Origin: Candidatus Acetocimmeria pyornia | Lineage (GTDB): Bacteria > Bacillota > Sulfobacillia > UBA3575 | Length of the DNA stretch: 50,371 nt | Direction of reading: 5' to 3' | NCBI GenBank assembly: GCA_004367365.1 | Contig: SESX01000001.1 | Coordinates: 1-50,371, forward strand | In this document: in pieces, positions 9,820-17,972 of the stretch | Layout of the letters: each line of letters begins with the position of its first letter | Position numbering within the stretch: position 1 is the first letter of the stretch | Program-made: the position numbers and the translations under genes | The notes under the pieces: generated by a model | Databases searched by the model: none | Seen by the model: only the letters and a program-made list of their open reading frames with translations | What the model was told of the DNA's origin: nothing

Positions 9820-10713
9820 TCACACTTTCCCTTTCTGCACAGGCCTGGCTCCTTTTCTCTCCACTGGGCTTGAAGCCAGGGGAGTAGAAACATCTAACCC
9901 TAACGAACGAGCCAGGTCAAAGCCCTCCCGGATTCCATCGCCCAGCTCATCGGTTCGGTGGGCATCAGAGCCTAAAGTACAACGAGTACCGCCCATTTCA
10001 CGGTAGCGGGATAAAATAACTTTCCCTGGAAAAGGTTCTTCAACACCACGCCTCAGGCCTGAGGTGTTGATCTCTAAGACGACTCCCTGTTCGATTATCC
10101 CTTCCAGTACCCGCTCTAGGCCGGCGCGCAGCAAGATCTGTGGGTCATAAGGGAGCCATGTCCAGTACCTGCGCCAGCCCCTCTTAATCCAATCGAGGTG
10201 AGCCAGGACATCCATCCCGGGAAAGGTCGCCGCGTGCTGGAGAGTTTTCACGAACTGGCGCACCCCCAACTCGGGGGAGCGGGTAGTATAAAACTGCTTG
10301 TCCAAAAGGGAGCTCCCGTTCACATGATGAACCGAGACCAAAACGTAGTCAAAGGGATGATCCTTCAAGAAGGAACTGAGGTCTCGGGCTTTTTCGGGAT
10401 GATAATCAACCTCAACCCCCATAAGGATCTCGAGTTTGTTGTTAAACTCTTTGCGGCATCGTTCTATGGTCTCCACGTAAGATGTGTAGAAACGGTCGAG
10501 AAGACCAAAGTTGGGGTCATCCGGGTAAAGGCTCAAATGATCGCTGAACCCAACCTTGGTAAGGCCCAGTTGAACCGCCCGGAGGCAAACCATGTAGGGG
10601 CTTTGCTCACTGTCAGCAGAAAAGGAAGTGTGGACATGAAAGTCACAAAAAAAAGCGGCCTCGCAGCCGCTCGCCTTTCCCCAAAAAGCGGGTCGTTTCT
10701 TGGTGGTTTTCAA
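9820..10713 (-). CDS. PHP-domain phosphoesterase, HisJ family (histidinol-phosphatase-like)
   Basis: DFHVHTSFSADS, GVEVDY, SVHH, INTSGLRR and GSDAH motifs. TTG start with an AAAGGGGG RBS. Lies 103 nt upstream of ino1 on the same strand. Confidence 0.8.
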   Translation of the reverse strand: MKTTKKRPAFWGKASGCEAAFFCDFHVHTSFSADSEQSPYMVCLRAVQLGLTKVGFSDHLSLYPDDPNFGLLDRFYTSYVETIERCRKEFNNKLEILMGVEVDYHPEKARDLSSFLKDHPFDYVLVSVHHVNGSSLLDKQFYTTRSPELGVRQFVKTLQHAATFPGMDVLAHLDWIKRGWRRYWTWLPYDPQILLRAGLERVLEGIIEQGVVLEINTSGLRRGVEEPFPGKVILSRYREMGGTRCTLGSDAHRTDELGDGIREGFDLARSLGLDVSTPLASSPVERKGARPVQKGKV

Positions 10714-11351
10714 CTAATACCCCCTTTTGACCAGCTAAAAACGAAAAACCAAGCGGCTGGCAAAAGATAGTGTCATCACTTTCGTGACCCGGGTTCAGAG
10801 ACTAAGCTCAAGGGCCTAGAAGATGGGTTCTTCATCTTGTGCACCCTTGAAAAGGTTGACATGGAAAATATAGTGCTTACAACTAAAATTGTAATCACGT
10901 GAAATCCATGATGTCAATACCTATTATTACTCACCAAGGGCCGCTGCTGCTAAAATTAGAACAGAATCTCCTCCCTAGTATTCTTTTTTTATTGATTTGG
11001 GAAAGAACCAGGTCTTTTCAAGGTTAATGGCATTCATGATGCTGAGGTATTAGATGCAAAGTCAAGCTTATTCTGCCCTGGGCTGTTCCTCTTGTGCCAA
11101 AGGGCAGGTGGCCGAAAATGACATGCCGGTCGGGTACCCAAGGGGCAAGGCCGATTGGGTGAAGGCCCGTCGTCTTATGCTATAATGTGATCAACCTGAA
11201 AATCGTTAGGGCAGAGAACAAGACAGTTAACGAGTGAACAGGCCACAACAGAAATCAGGAGGTCGAAGTGTCGGTGAACAGAAGCAGTCCTGCCAGACCA
11301 CCAGCAGGCTGGATCACGGCAGGGGAGAAGGGATTGGTGGGGGGGGGTTAA

Positions 11352-12662
11352 ATGGACAAGACAGCCTTTGAAATCTTGAAGGAAGAATACGGGATATCCC
11401 CGGCCCTCCTGGAGCTGGCCAACCGGGTGAAGGAAGAGGTTGCCCCTTACCTGTCCGCTGTGGAGGCCACCGCCCAGGTGAATTTCGCCCGGGTACTGAG
11501 GGGCTTTCAGGTGGTTGGAATTACAGAGGACTGCCTAGGGGTGACGTCGGGATACGGGTATGATGACCGGGGCCGGAATAAGCTTGACGAACTTTACGCC
11601 GTGGTTTTCGGTGGAGAAAAGGGGCTTGTACGCAGCCAGATGGTGTCTGGTACCCATGCCCTGGCAGTTGCTCTTTACGGACTCCTTCGCCCGGGCGACG
11701 AGCTCTTATCTGCCACCGGAACCCCCTACGATACCCTGTGGAAGGTGATCGGGATCGGGAAAGAGGGTGAAAAACAGCCAGGTTCATTAAGGTCGCTGGG
11801 GGTTAGGTACCGGCAAGTAGAACCAGGGCCCTCTGGTCTCCCGTCCCTCGAGGACCTGAAAAATGCACTCAACCCTCGGACCCGGGTCGTGTTCATTCAG
11901 CGGTCTCGCGGCTACGCCTGGCGTCCGTCTCTCCTGCTGGAAGATACAGGACGCCTGGTAGAAGCGGTAAAAAGATGGACTCCACACGCCTTCTGTGTCG
12001 TGGATAACTGCTACGGTGAGTTCGTGGAGAAACACGAGCCCCTGGAGGTTGGCGCCGACGTGGTGGCCGGCTCTTTAATTAAGAACCCTGGAGGTGGGCT
12101 GTGTCCTACAGGTGGCTACGTGGTTGGAAAAGCCGAGGCCGTGGACTTGGCCGCCAACCGTCTAACCGCACCTGGGCTCGGAAGTGAGGTCGGGCCGTCT
12201 TTGGGTTTCAACCGCTCCATATTCCAGGGTTTCTTCCTGGCTCCAGTAGTGGTGGCCGAAGCCATCAAGGGGGTCATCTTCGCCGCCGCCATCTGCTCTA
12301 GACTCGGGATTGAAGTCATGCCCGGTCCAAGTGAACCACGTGGTGATATTATCCAGGCCTTTAAAATGGGGTCACCTGAAAGGGTTGTAGCTTTCTGTGA
12401 GGGAATACAGAGCACATCCCCGGTGGATTCCCATGTTAGACCAATTCCCTCGTCCCTCCCTGGTTACGAAGACGAAGTAATCATGGCGGCAGGAACATTC
12501 GTCCAGGGGGCATCTATTGAGCTCAGTGCCGATGCGGCCATGCGACCACCTTATGCAGTTTATCTCCAGGGGGGGTTGACATCGCACCACACTGAAATTG
12601 CCGTTCTGCGGGCTCTACAGGTCATGGTTGACCGCGGGCTGCTGGATGCTGGTTTTTTTTGA
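11352..12662 (+). CDS. ynbB: YnbB-like PLP-dependent enzyme (methionine gamma-lyase / aluminium-resistance protein family)
   Basis: 436 aa with family-typical blocks (SGYGYDDRGR, GSLIKNPGGG, QGFFLAP). Conserved position upstream of glnRA. Confidence 0.8.
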   Translation: MDKTAFEILKEEYGISPALLELANRVKEEVAPYLSAVEATAQVNFARVLRGFQVVGITEDCLGVTSGYGYDDRGRNKLDELYAVVFGGEKGLVRSQMVSGTHALAVALYGLLRPGDELLSATGTPYDTLWKVIGIGKEGEKQPGSLRSLGVRYRQVEPGPSGLPSLEDLKNALNPRTRVVFIQRSRGYAWRPSLLLEDTGRLVEAVKRWTPHAFCVVDNCYGEFVEKHEPLEVGADVVAGSLIKNPGGGLCPTGGYVVGKAEAVDLAANRLTAPGLGSEVGPSLGFNRSIFQGFFLAPVVVAEAIKGVIFAAAICSRLGIEVMPGPSEPRGDIIQAFKMGSPERVVAFCEGIQSTSPVDSHVRPIPSSLPGYEDEVIMAAGTFVQGASIELSADAAMRPPYAVYLQGGLTSHHTEIAVLRALQVMVDRGLLDAGFF

Positions 12663-12857
12663 GGCCTTTCCGCCGGGCCCAGGGGCAAGAACCAGCTCCA
12701 CACCGGTGGATTCCTGGAGCTTTGCCTGGAGAACAAGGCTTATGGAACCGGGTTCATGGGTCATATAATCCGGGGCTCTGCGTACAATCTCTCTGTAACG
12801 GGTCTGGTATCCCAGACCGGGTTACGAATTTGTCTTTTTCCCGTCGGAGGGCAGAGG

Positions 12858-13337
12858 GTGGAAAAGCTGGTTCAGGGTTTATCCCTGCTGCTAATTGTAG
12901 TGGGACTGGGTTTTACTGTTGTACCCTCCCCTTTAGGCAATCTACTCATCTTTTTAGGCTCCGTCTTCTACGCGGTTCTCACCGGCTTTACGGTTATTGA
13001 CTCTCAGCTTCTGCTGATCCTCTTCCTGTTGGCCCTCATCTCCATTGGAGTTGACTACCTGGCCGGGGCTGTTGGAGCAAAGGAGGCCATTTCCAGTTGG
13101 ACGGCACTGGTGGGGTGTGGCTTGGGTGTCCTGGCGGGGTGGCTTTGGTCTGGCTATGGGGGGGCGGTAGCTGGTTTTTTTGCAGGGGCAATTATTGCTG
13201 AAATCATCCACGGCAGTGGGCTGAGGAAGGGGGTTTTCGTTGGCTTTAGGACAGCCCTTGGGGTGATGTTTGCTGTCGTGGTTAAGGTCGTGCTCGGCAT
13301 GATCATGGTTTTTCTCCTCTTCGCCCGGATGACCTGA
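12858..13337 (+). CDS. Small integral membrane protein (DUF456-like)
   Basis: Four hydrophobic, Gly-rich segments. GTG at 12858 with a GGAGGG RBS 6 nt upstream, preferred over the ATG at 12756. Confidence 0.55.
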   Translation: MEKLVQGLSLLLIVVGLGFTVVPSPLGNLLIFLGSVFYAVLTGFTVIDSQLLLILFLLALISIGVDYLAGAVGAKEAISSWTALVGCGLGVLAGWLWSGYGGAVAGFFAGAIIAEIIHGSGLRKGVFVGFRTALGVMFAVVVKVVLGMIMVFLLFARMT

Positions 13338-13354
13338 TTAAAGGCCTGGGCCTG

Positions 13355-13371
13355 TGTCAGAAAAAGTGACC
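13355..13371. promoter_or_regulatory. Candidate GlnR/TnrA operator
   Basis: TGTCA-N7-TGACC against the consensus TGTNA-N7-TNACA, 18 nt upstream of the predicted -35. Confidence 0.45.
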
Positions 13372-13388
13372 TTTGGAGGGCCTTCCAG

Positions 13389-13417
13389 TTGATTCGGGCC
13401 AGGCTTTAGGGTACAAT
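13389..13417 (+). promoter_or_regulatory. Predicted sigma-A promoter of glnRA
   Basis: TTGATT, 17-nt spacer, TACAAT. Confidence 0.5.
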
Positions 13418-13497
13418 GGAAACCAGACAACGGCATTCATGGCTGGTGCTGCCCCGGAAGGTGAAGGGGGTGCTATTAATCCTAAGACACCTGTGAG

Positions 13498-14016
13498 GTG
13501 AAAGTGGTGGCCTATACCAGCGCGAAGACCCCTGTCTATTCAATGAGCGTTGTCGAGGGGATGACAGGACTAACTGCCAGGCAGATCCGTTATTACGAAA
13601 AAAGGGGGCTCCTTAACCCAGCACGAACAAGGGGCAACAAGAGGCTTTACTCGCAACTGGATGTAGAAAGGCTTCAAGCCATCAAGGATTTGATGAAAAA
13701 GGGCTATGACCTTAAAGGTATTAAGGAATTACTCGACAGGGAGGACACCGGGCATCATGGTGGTCCAGAAATGAGGATTAGAGAGAGTGTCCATACCTGT
13801 GGCCAGGCCCAGATTGACCAGGGAGAGGCCAGTGTGTATTTCCGGCGGAGGAAATCCAAACCCAGGGTCAGAGGTGAGCAGCAGCTCGGGCGAGTTCCAG
13901 CACCGCCAGCGCGGGAAAGTTATGGAACATTGAGAAAAGAAAGGGAAATCAGGTCCTTGTACCCGCTCAGGGACCGTCCCCGCCTGTTGGAATTGATGGA
14001 CAGAAAGCGTTCATGA
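13498..14016 (+). CDS. glnR: MerR-family nitrogen regulator GlnR with an extended C-terminal tail
   Basis: MerR HTH (YSMSVVEGMTGLTARQIRYYEKRGLL..R..GNKRLYS) directly upstream of glnA. Exact start is uncertain; the GTG at 13507 has the best SD spacing. Confidence 0.75.
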   Translation: MKVVAYTSAKTPVYSMSVVEGMTGLTARQIRYYEKRGLLNPARTRGNKRLYSQLDVERLQAIKDLMKKGYDLKGIKELLDREDTGHHGGPEMRIRESVHTCGQAQIDQGEASVYFRRRKSKPRVRGEQQLGRVPAPPARESYGTLRKEREIRSLYPLRDRPRLLELMDRKRS

Positions 14017-14093
14017 GGGTGCAACAGGACGCAGTTGGTGCCCAATAAGAAAAAGAGCTGTTACTGCAAGATTTATGAGAGGAGATACGCTTC

Positions 14094-15431
14094 ATGGGGA
14101 GGATAACCAAGGAAGAGGTTTTAAGCAAGGTTGAGGAATTCGGCGTTAGGTTTATCAGGCTCCAGTTTACCGACATCCTGGGAACCGTCAAGAACGTGGC
14201 CATTCCAGTAACCCAATTGGAAAAGGCATTGGACGGCGAGATGATGTTTGATGGTTCATCTATCGAAGGGTTTGTCCGGATTGAGGAATCCGATATGTAC
14301 CTCAGGCCAGACCCGGATACATTTGCTCTTTTTCCGTGGAAGACGGGCAAAGAAGGGGCAACAACAGCCCGCTTGATCTGCGACGTGTATCACCCTGATG
14401 GAACCCCCTTCGAGGGGTGCCCGCGGTGTACTTTAAAGAGGGTCATCGCGGAAGCGGGCGAAATGGGTTATACGATGAATGCCGGTCCCGAGGCGGAGTT
14501 TTTTCTTTTTCTCCAGGACGAACACGGGCATCCCACAACCAATACCCAAGACCAGGGAAGTTACTTCGACCTCTCACCAATCGACAAAGGAGAACACGCC
14601 CGCCGGGATATGGTGGTAACCTTGGAAGAAATGGGTTTTGAGATCGAGGCCTCCCACCACGAAGTTGCACCCGGTCAGCACGAGATCGATTTTAAGTACT
14701 CAGATGCTCTGAGAACGGCTGATAACATAGTTACCTTCCGGTTTGTCGTTCGGACAATCGCCCAGCAGCACGGGTTACACGCCACCTTTATGCCGAAGCC
14801 CCTCCACGGTTTACCCGGATCCGGGATGCACACCCACCAATCCCTTTTTTCAAACGGGAAGAATGCCTTTTATGACCCGGAGACAGAGGACCAGTTGAGT
14901 AGCATTGCCAGGTATTACATTGGGGGCCTTCTGAAACATGCCCGGGCATACACCGCAATCACCAATCCCCTGGTTAACTCCTATAAGCGTCTGGTTCCAG
15001 GTTACGAAGCCCCTGTTTATATTGCTTGGTCACCCAAGAACCGGAGCCCATTGATCCGGATTCCGGCCCGGCGTGGGGTAGGGACCAGGATTGAACTAAG
15101 ATCACCGGATGCAGCTTGCAACCCGTACCTGGCTTTGGCGGTCACCCTGAAGGCAGGGCTCGACGGGATCAAGAATAGAATCGAGCCGCCACCGCCTGTC
15201 GACGAGAATATCTACGCCATGAGTCTCCGGGAACGGGCAGAGCGTGGAATTGAAAGCCTCCCCATGAATCTGCAGGAAGCATTGGATGAACTGGATAGGA
15301 ATGAGGTTATTCAAGAAGCACTTGGGGAACACATCTTCAGGCATTTCATGGAGGCGAAACGCATCGAATGGGATGTCTACAGGAGCCAGGTGCACCAATG
15401 GGAATTAGACCAGTATCTGCAGTTATTCTAA
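14094..15431 (+). CDS. glnA: Glutamine synthetase type I
   Basis: [50 protein letters not shown]. Confidence 0.95.
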   Translation: MGRITKEEVLSKVEEFGVRFIRLQFTDILGTVKNVAIPVTQLEKALDGEMMFDGSSIEGFVRIEESDMYLRPDPDTFALFPWKTGKEGATTARLICDVYHPDGTPFEGCPRCTLKRVIAEAGEMGYTMNAGPEAEFFLFLQDEHGHPTTNTQDQGSYFDLSPIDKGEHARRDMVVTLEEMGFEIEASHHEVAPGQHEIDFKYSDALRTADNIVTFRFVVRTIAQQHGLHATFMPKPLHGLPGSGMHTHQSLFSNGKNAFYDPETEDQLSSIARYYIGGLLKHARAYTAITNPLVNSYKRLVPGYEAPVYIAWSPKNRSPLIRIPARRGVGTRIELRSPDAACNPYLALAVTLKAGLDGIKNRIEPPPPVDENIYAMSLRERAERGIESLPMNLQEALDELDRNEVIQEALGEHIFRHFMEAKRIEWDVYRSQVHQWELDQYLQLF

Positions 15432-15441
15432 GGTTATAGTC

Positions 15442-15470
15442 AGCCCAGGGCTGCCAGTGCCGGGCTTTTC
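15442..15470 (+). terminator. Probable glnA terminator
   Basis: AGCCC(A)GG..CCGGGCT hairpin followed by TTTT, 11 nt after the stop codon. Confidence 0.5.
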
Positions 15471-15687
15471 AGGGTAAGGACAAAGACAGAAAAGAGTAGG
15501 GAAAAGTGGGGGAGAAGGGTCCGGTCCCTGCCACCTGCCTGCAGGCGACCACCCTTCCATCCCACGGGAGAACCAAACTGGTTTTCTTTTCTAAATGGTT
15601 TTCTCTTCTCAGGAGGAGCTTTCACTTCGGCCGTCGGAATATATTGAGAGGCGATGACGCATACGGCATGTCATAACCGGTTTTCCT

Positions 15688-16311
15688 CTAATGTATACGC
15701 CGTAGGAGCCCAATAACCTTACCCAGGATCTTCACGTTCCTTGCCAGGATCGGCTCCATGAACTGGTTTTCGGGTACCAGTCGTACATGGTCTTTCTCCC
15801 TGTAAAACCTCTTCACCGTCACCTCATCTTCTAAGAGCGCCACCACAATATCCCCGTTCTCTGCTGTTTCCTGTTGGCGGACCACGACGTAATCCCCTTC
15901 AAGGATCCCTGCCCCGATCATACTATCCCCGCGTACAGAAAGAAGAAAAGCCTTACCTGTACCAACAAAATCAACCGGGAGAGGGATCGTGTCTTCAATG
16001 TTTTCAACAGCCAGGATCGGCTCGCCCGCCGTTACTTGGCCCACCAGGGGCACTTCAACGGTAGGTTTACGGGCTGTTCGAAAGTCAGGGTCGAGAACCT
16101 CAATTGCTCTCGGCTTTGTCGGGTCGCGCCTGATATAGCCCTTGCCTTCTAGGCTTTGCAGGTGGCCGTGAACGGTCGAACTGGAACTCAAACCAACAGC
16201 CTGCCCGATTTCACGTACTGACGGGGGATACCCTTTTCTCCGGATCTCGTCCTTGATAAACTCCAGGATTTGCCTCTGCCGGACGGTAAGCTTCTCCGCC
16301 ATTACCCGCAC
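15688..16311 (-). CDS. lexA: LexA repressor
   Basis: Winged-helix N-terminus ([22 protein letters not shown]). Cleavage and S24 peptidase motifs (VAGEP, GDSM, VKR). Confidence 0.95.
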   Translation of the reverse strand: MRVMAEKLTVRQRQILEFIKDEIRRKGYPPSVREIGQAVGLSSSSTVHGHLQSLEGKGYIRRDPTKPRAIEVLDPDFRTARKPTVEVPLVGQVTAGEPILAVENIEDTIPLPVDFVGTGKAFLLSVRGDSMIGAGILEGDYVVVRQQETAENGDIVVALLEDEVTVKRFYREKDHVRLVPENQFMEPILARNVKILGKVIGLLRRIH

Positions 16312-16358
16312 CTCCGGGGTGAGTTTCGTCTGGCATTTTCCAACACTTTACTGACTAC

Positions 16359-16399
16359 ATTATAGCACACCAGAAAGACAATCTGCAAACGCGTGTTCG
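16359..16399 (-). promoter_or_regulatory. lexA promoter with an overlapping SOS box
   Basis: The minus strand reads CGAACACGCGTTTG (16386-16399), overlapping -35 TTGCAG, then an 18-nt spacer and TATAAT (16359-16364). Confidence 0.65.
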
Positions 16400-16636
16400 C
16401 GATTTCGACCTTCTATTTGGCAAATTCAGTCTTACTTTGATCTTTTTCTAGTTTTTGCCAGGAACTTTGCCTCCTAAGCAACGTGCCTGCACGAAGAAAG
16501 AAAAAAGACCCCGTAGGCAGCAAAAGTCCTACGCCATGGTTGCTCCCGGAGCAGGACCGCTAAGGTTCCAGCCAAGAGGTTCCCTTAAACCCAACAAGAG
16601 CAAACACCATTTGAAACAGCATAGTTAGAAAAGGCG

Positions 16637-16727
16637 CAAATATATGTTCCCGGAAAAAATGTTCGCCCAAACCGTTGACACGGACATATGTTCGTGGTAA
16701 GATAATTCTGAAGCGAACAGATGTTCA
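16637..16727 (+). promoter_or_regulatory. yneA-like promoter with an array of LexA boxes
   Basis: -35 TTGACA at 16675-16680. Strong boxes CGGACATATGTTCG (16681-16694) and CGAACAGATGTTCA (16714-16727). Degenerate boxes CAAATATATGTTCC (16637-16650) and GGAAAAAATGTTCG (16652-16665). Confidence 0.7.
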
Positions 16728-16739
16728 GGGGGGACAACA

Positions 16740-17153
16740 ATGGCCTTGGGAACACACTCCTTATACAGCCAGGCTCAACAGACGAGGGCCCGGAGAAGGT
16801 CAAGGCCCGGGAACTGGCGCCGGGTGAAAATCTGGGATGCGCTGGAGGTGATGCTACGACTACGAGTCTTGCTGGTGGCCGGCTCCATGGTCCTGTTTCC
16901 GGTGCTGTATAGCATGGCAAGCGGGCATGGAGTTCCGGACGTGACTGGGCCAGATTACCACATTGACCAAAGTGCGAGGGGAACAGAGTTCGTGGAGGTG
17001 ACGGTTAAGCCAGGAGATACCCTCTGGAAAATTGCGGATACTTACTGGGGTCAAGGGGATTTGAGGGTGGTTATCGAGCGCATCCGGGAAATCAACCGGC
17101 TGAAGAGCCTGCAGATTTACCCAGGCCAGGTTCTCAAGGTACCAAGGAGCTAA
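16740..17153 (+). CDS. yneA: LysM-domain SOS cell-division inhibitor-like protein (YneA-like)
   Basis: Divergent from lexA. One TM segment plus a C-terminal LysM domain (VTVKPGDTLWKIA...INRLKSLQIYPGQVLKVP). Confidence 0.7.
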   Translation: MALGTHSLYSQAQQTRARRRSRPGNWRRVKIWDALEVMLRLRVLLVAGSMVLFPVLYSMASGHGVPDVTGPDYHIDQSARGTEFVEVTVKPGDTLWKIADTYWGQGDLRVVIERIREINRLKSLQIYPGQVLKVPRS

Positions 17154-17178
17154 GGTTTACATGAACCTCAGCGTAAAG

Positions 17179-17199
17179 GCCGGCCCTGCCGGCTTTTTT
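17179..17199 (+). terminator. Rho-independent terminator after the yneA-like gene
   Basis: GCCGGC-cct-GCCGGC followed by TTTTTT. Confidence 0.65.
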
Positions 17200-17305
17200 C
17201 TTGTCTTGCAACAACTTCTGCACGGACGGTACCAATACCGAGACGGCCCACGGTTTCCGTTGTCCCCAGGGCGTGGAATAGTACTGCCTCCGACAGGGCA
17301 AGATG

Positions 17306-17350
17306 GATTATGATTAGATTATGATTAGATTATGATTAGCTTATGATTAG
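17306..17350. repeat. Tandem 11-nt repeat, four units (GATTATGATTA x3 plus GCTTATGATTA)
   Basis: Read directly from the sequence. Equivalent to eight GATTA pentamers with alternating 5/6-nt phasing. Confidence 0.9.
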
Positions 17351-17409
17351 CAGTACCAGTCCGTATTCAACCCGCAAGTGATGGCAAGACCAAGAAGGAG
17401 GGAGGACCG

Positions 17410-17700
17410 GTGCAGAGGAACAAGGACCGACCCCCGTCAATGGAGAAAGCTTTACGAGAAGAACCTGGGCACCCGGAAATCGCGGGTATTGACGTCTTGG
17501 ACGGACTATTAATGATTGAAAAAGAAGAAGAACCTGGTGGTGATGAAAATCAAAGAGAAGCAAACGGCAGGCACAAAAATCACTTTGGTTGGGCCAGTTT
17601 TCCTGGGTGTGAACCATGGCCACGAGACTTTACCCTGTACAGCGAAAACCTCATGGTCACAGAACTACTGGAATCGGGTGAACCGGAGCTGCCTTCCTAA
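17410..17700 (+). CDS. Hypothetical acidic 96-aa protein (weak call)
   Basis: GTG start preceded by a strong AAGGAGGGAGG RBS. No recognisable domain. Lies in an 0.8-kb region that is otherwise gene-free. Confidence 0.25.
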   Translation: MQRNKDRPPSMEKALREEPGHPEIAGIDVLDGLLMIEKEEEPGGDENQREANGRHKNHFGWASFPGCEPWPRDFTLYSENLMVTELLESGEPELPS

Positions 17701-17972
17701 CAAATGGGGAACACCATCGCTTTCCCCTCGATCAAAGAGAACTTCCGATAATAAATATTATGTGAACTTCAACGAAAAATGGATACAGGCCAACCTAAAA
17801 GGCCTGCACAAAGCTGCAGTCGCAGTAATGACCTTCAAAAACAAACACAAAAACAAAGAGAAGAACTTCCGTTCCCTGTCATCTCTGGTTTAACGGCTGG
17901 GGCTTTTCAAGGTTACGGGAGGGCTTGTTATCCGGTTCCCGGTATCTCGGTCTTAGGGGCAATACTTTGAAA

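Noticed and set aside
10714-11351. A large structured ncRNA or riboswitch (OLE, S-box, T-box) in the 638-nt spacer upstream of ynbB
   Set aside because: I could not find the conserved cores of any riboswitch class I can recall. Only promoter-like hexamers and a short uORF can be supported.
17306-17350. Possible CRISPR array (also considered for 46194-46245 and the interspersed repeat loci)
   Set aside because: The 11- and 13-nt units are directly abutting with no spacers. The longer repeats have conserved, non-unique bodies and are dispersed. No cas genes are present.
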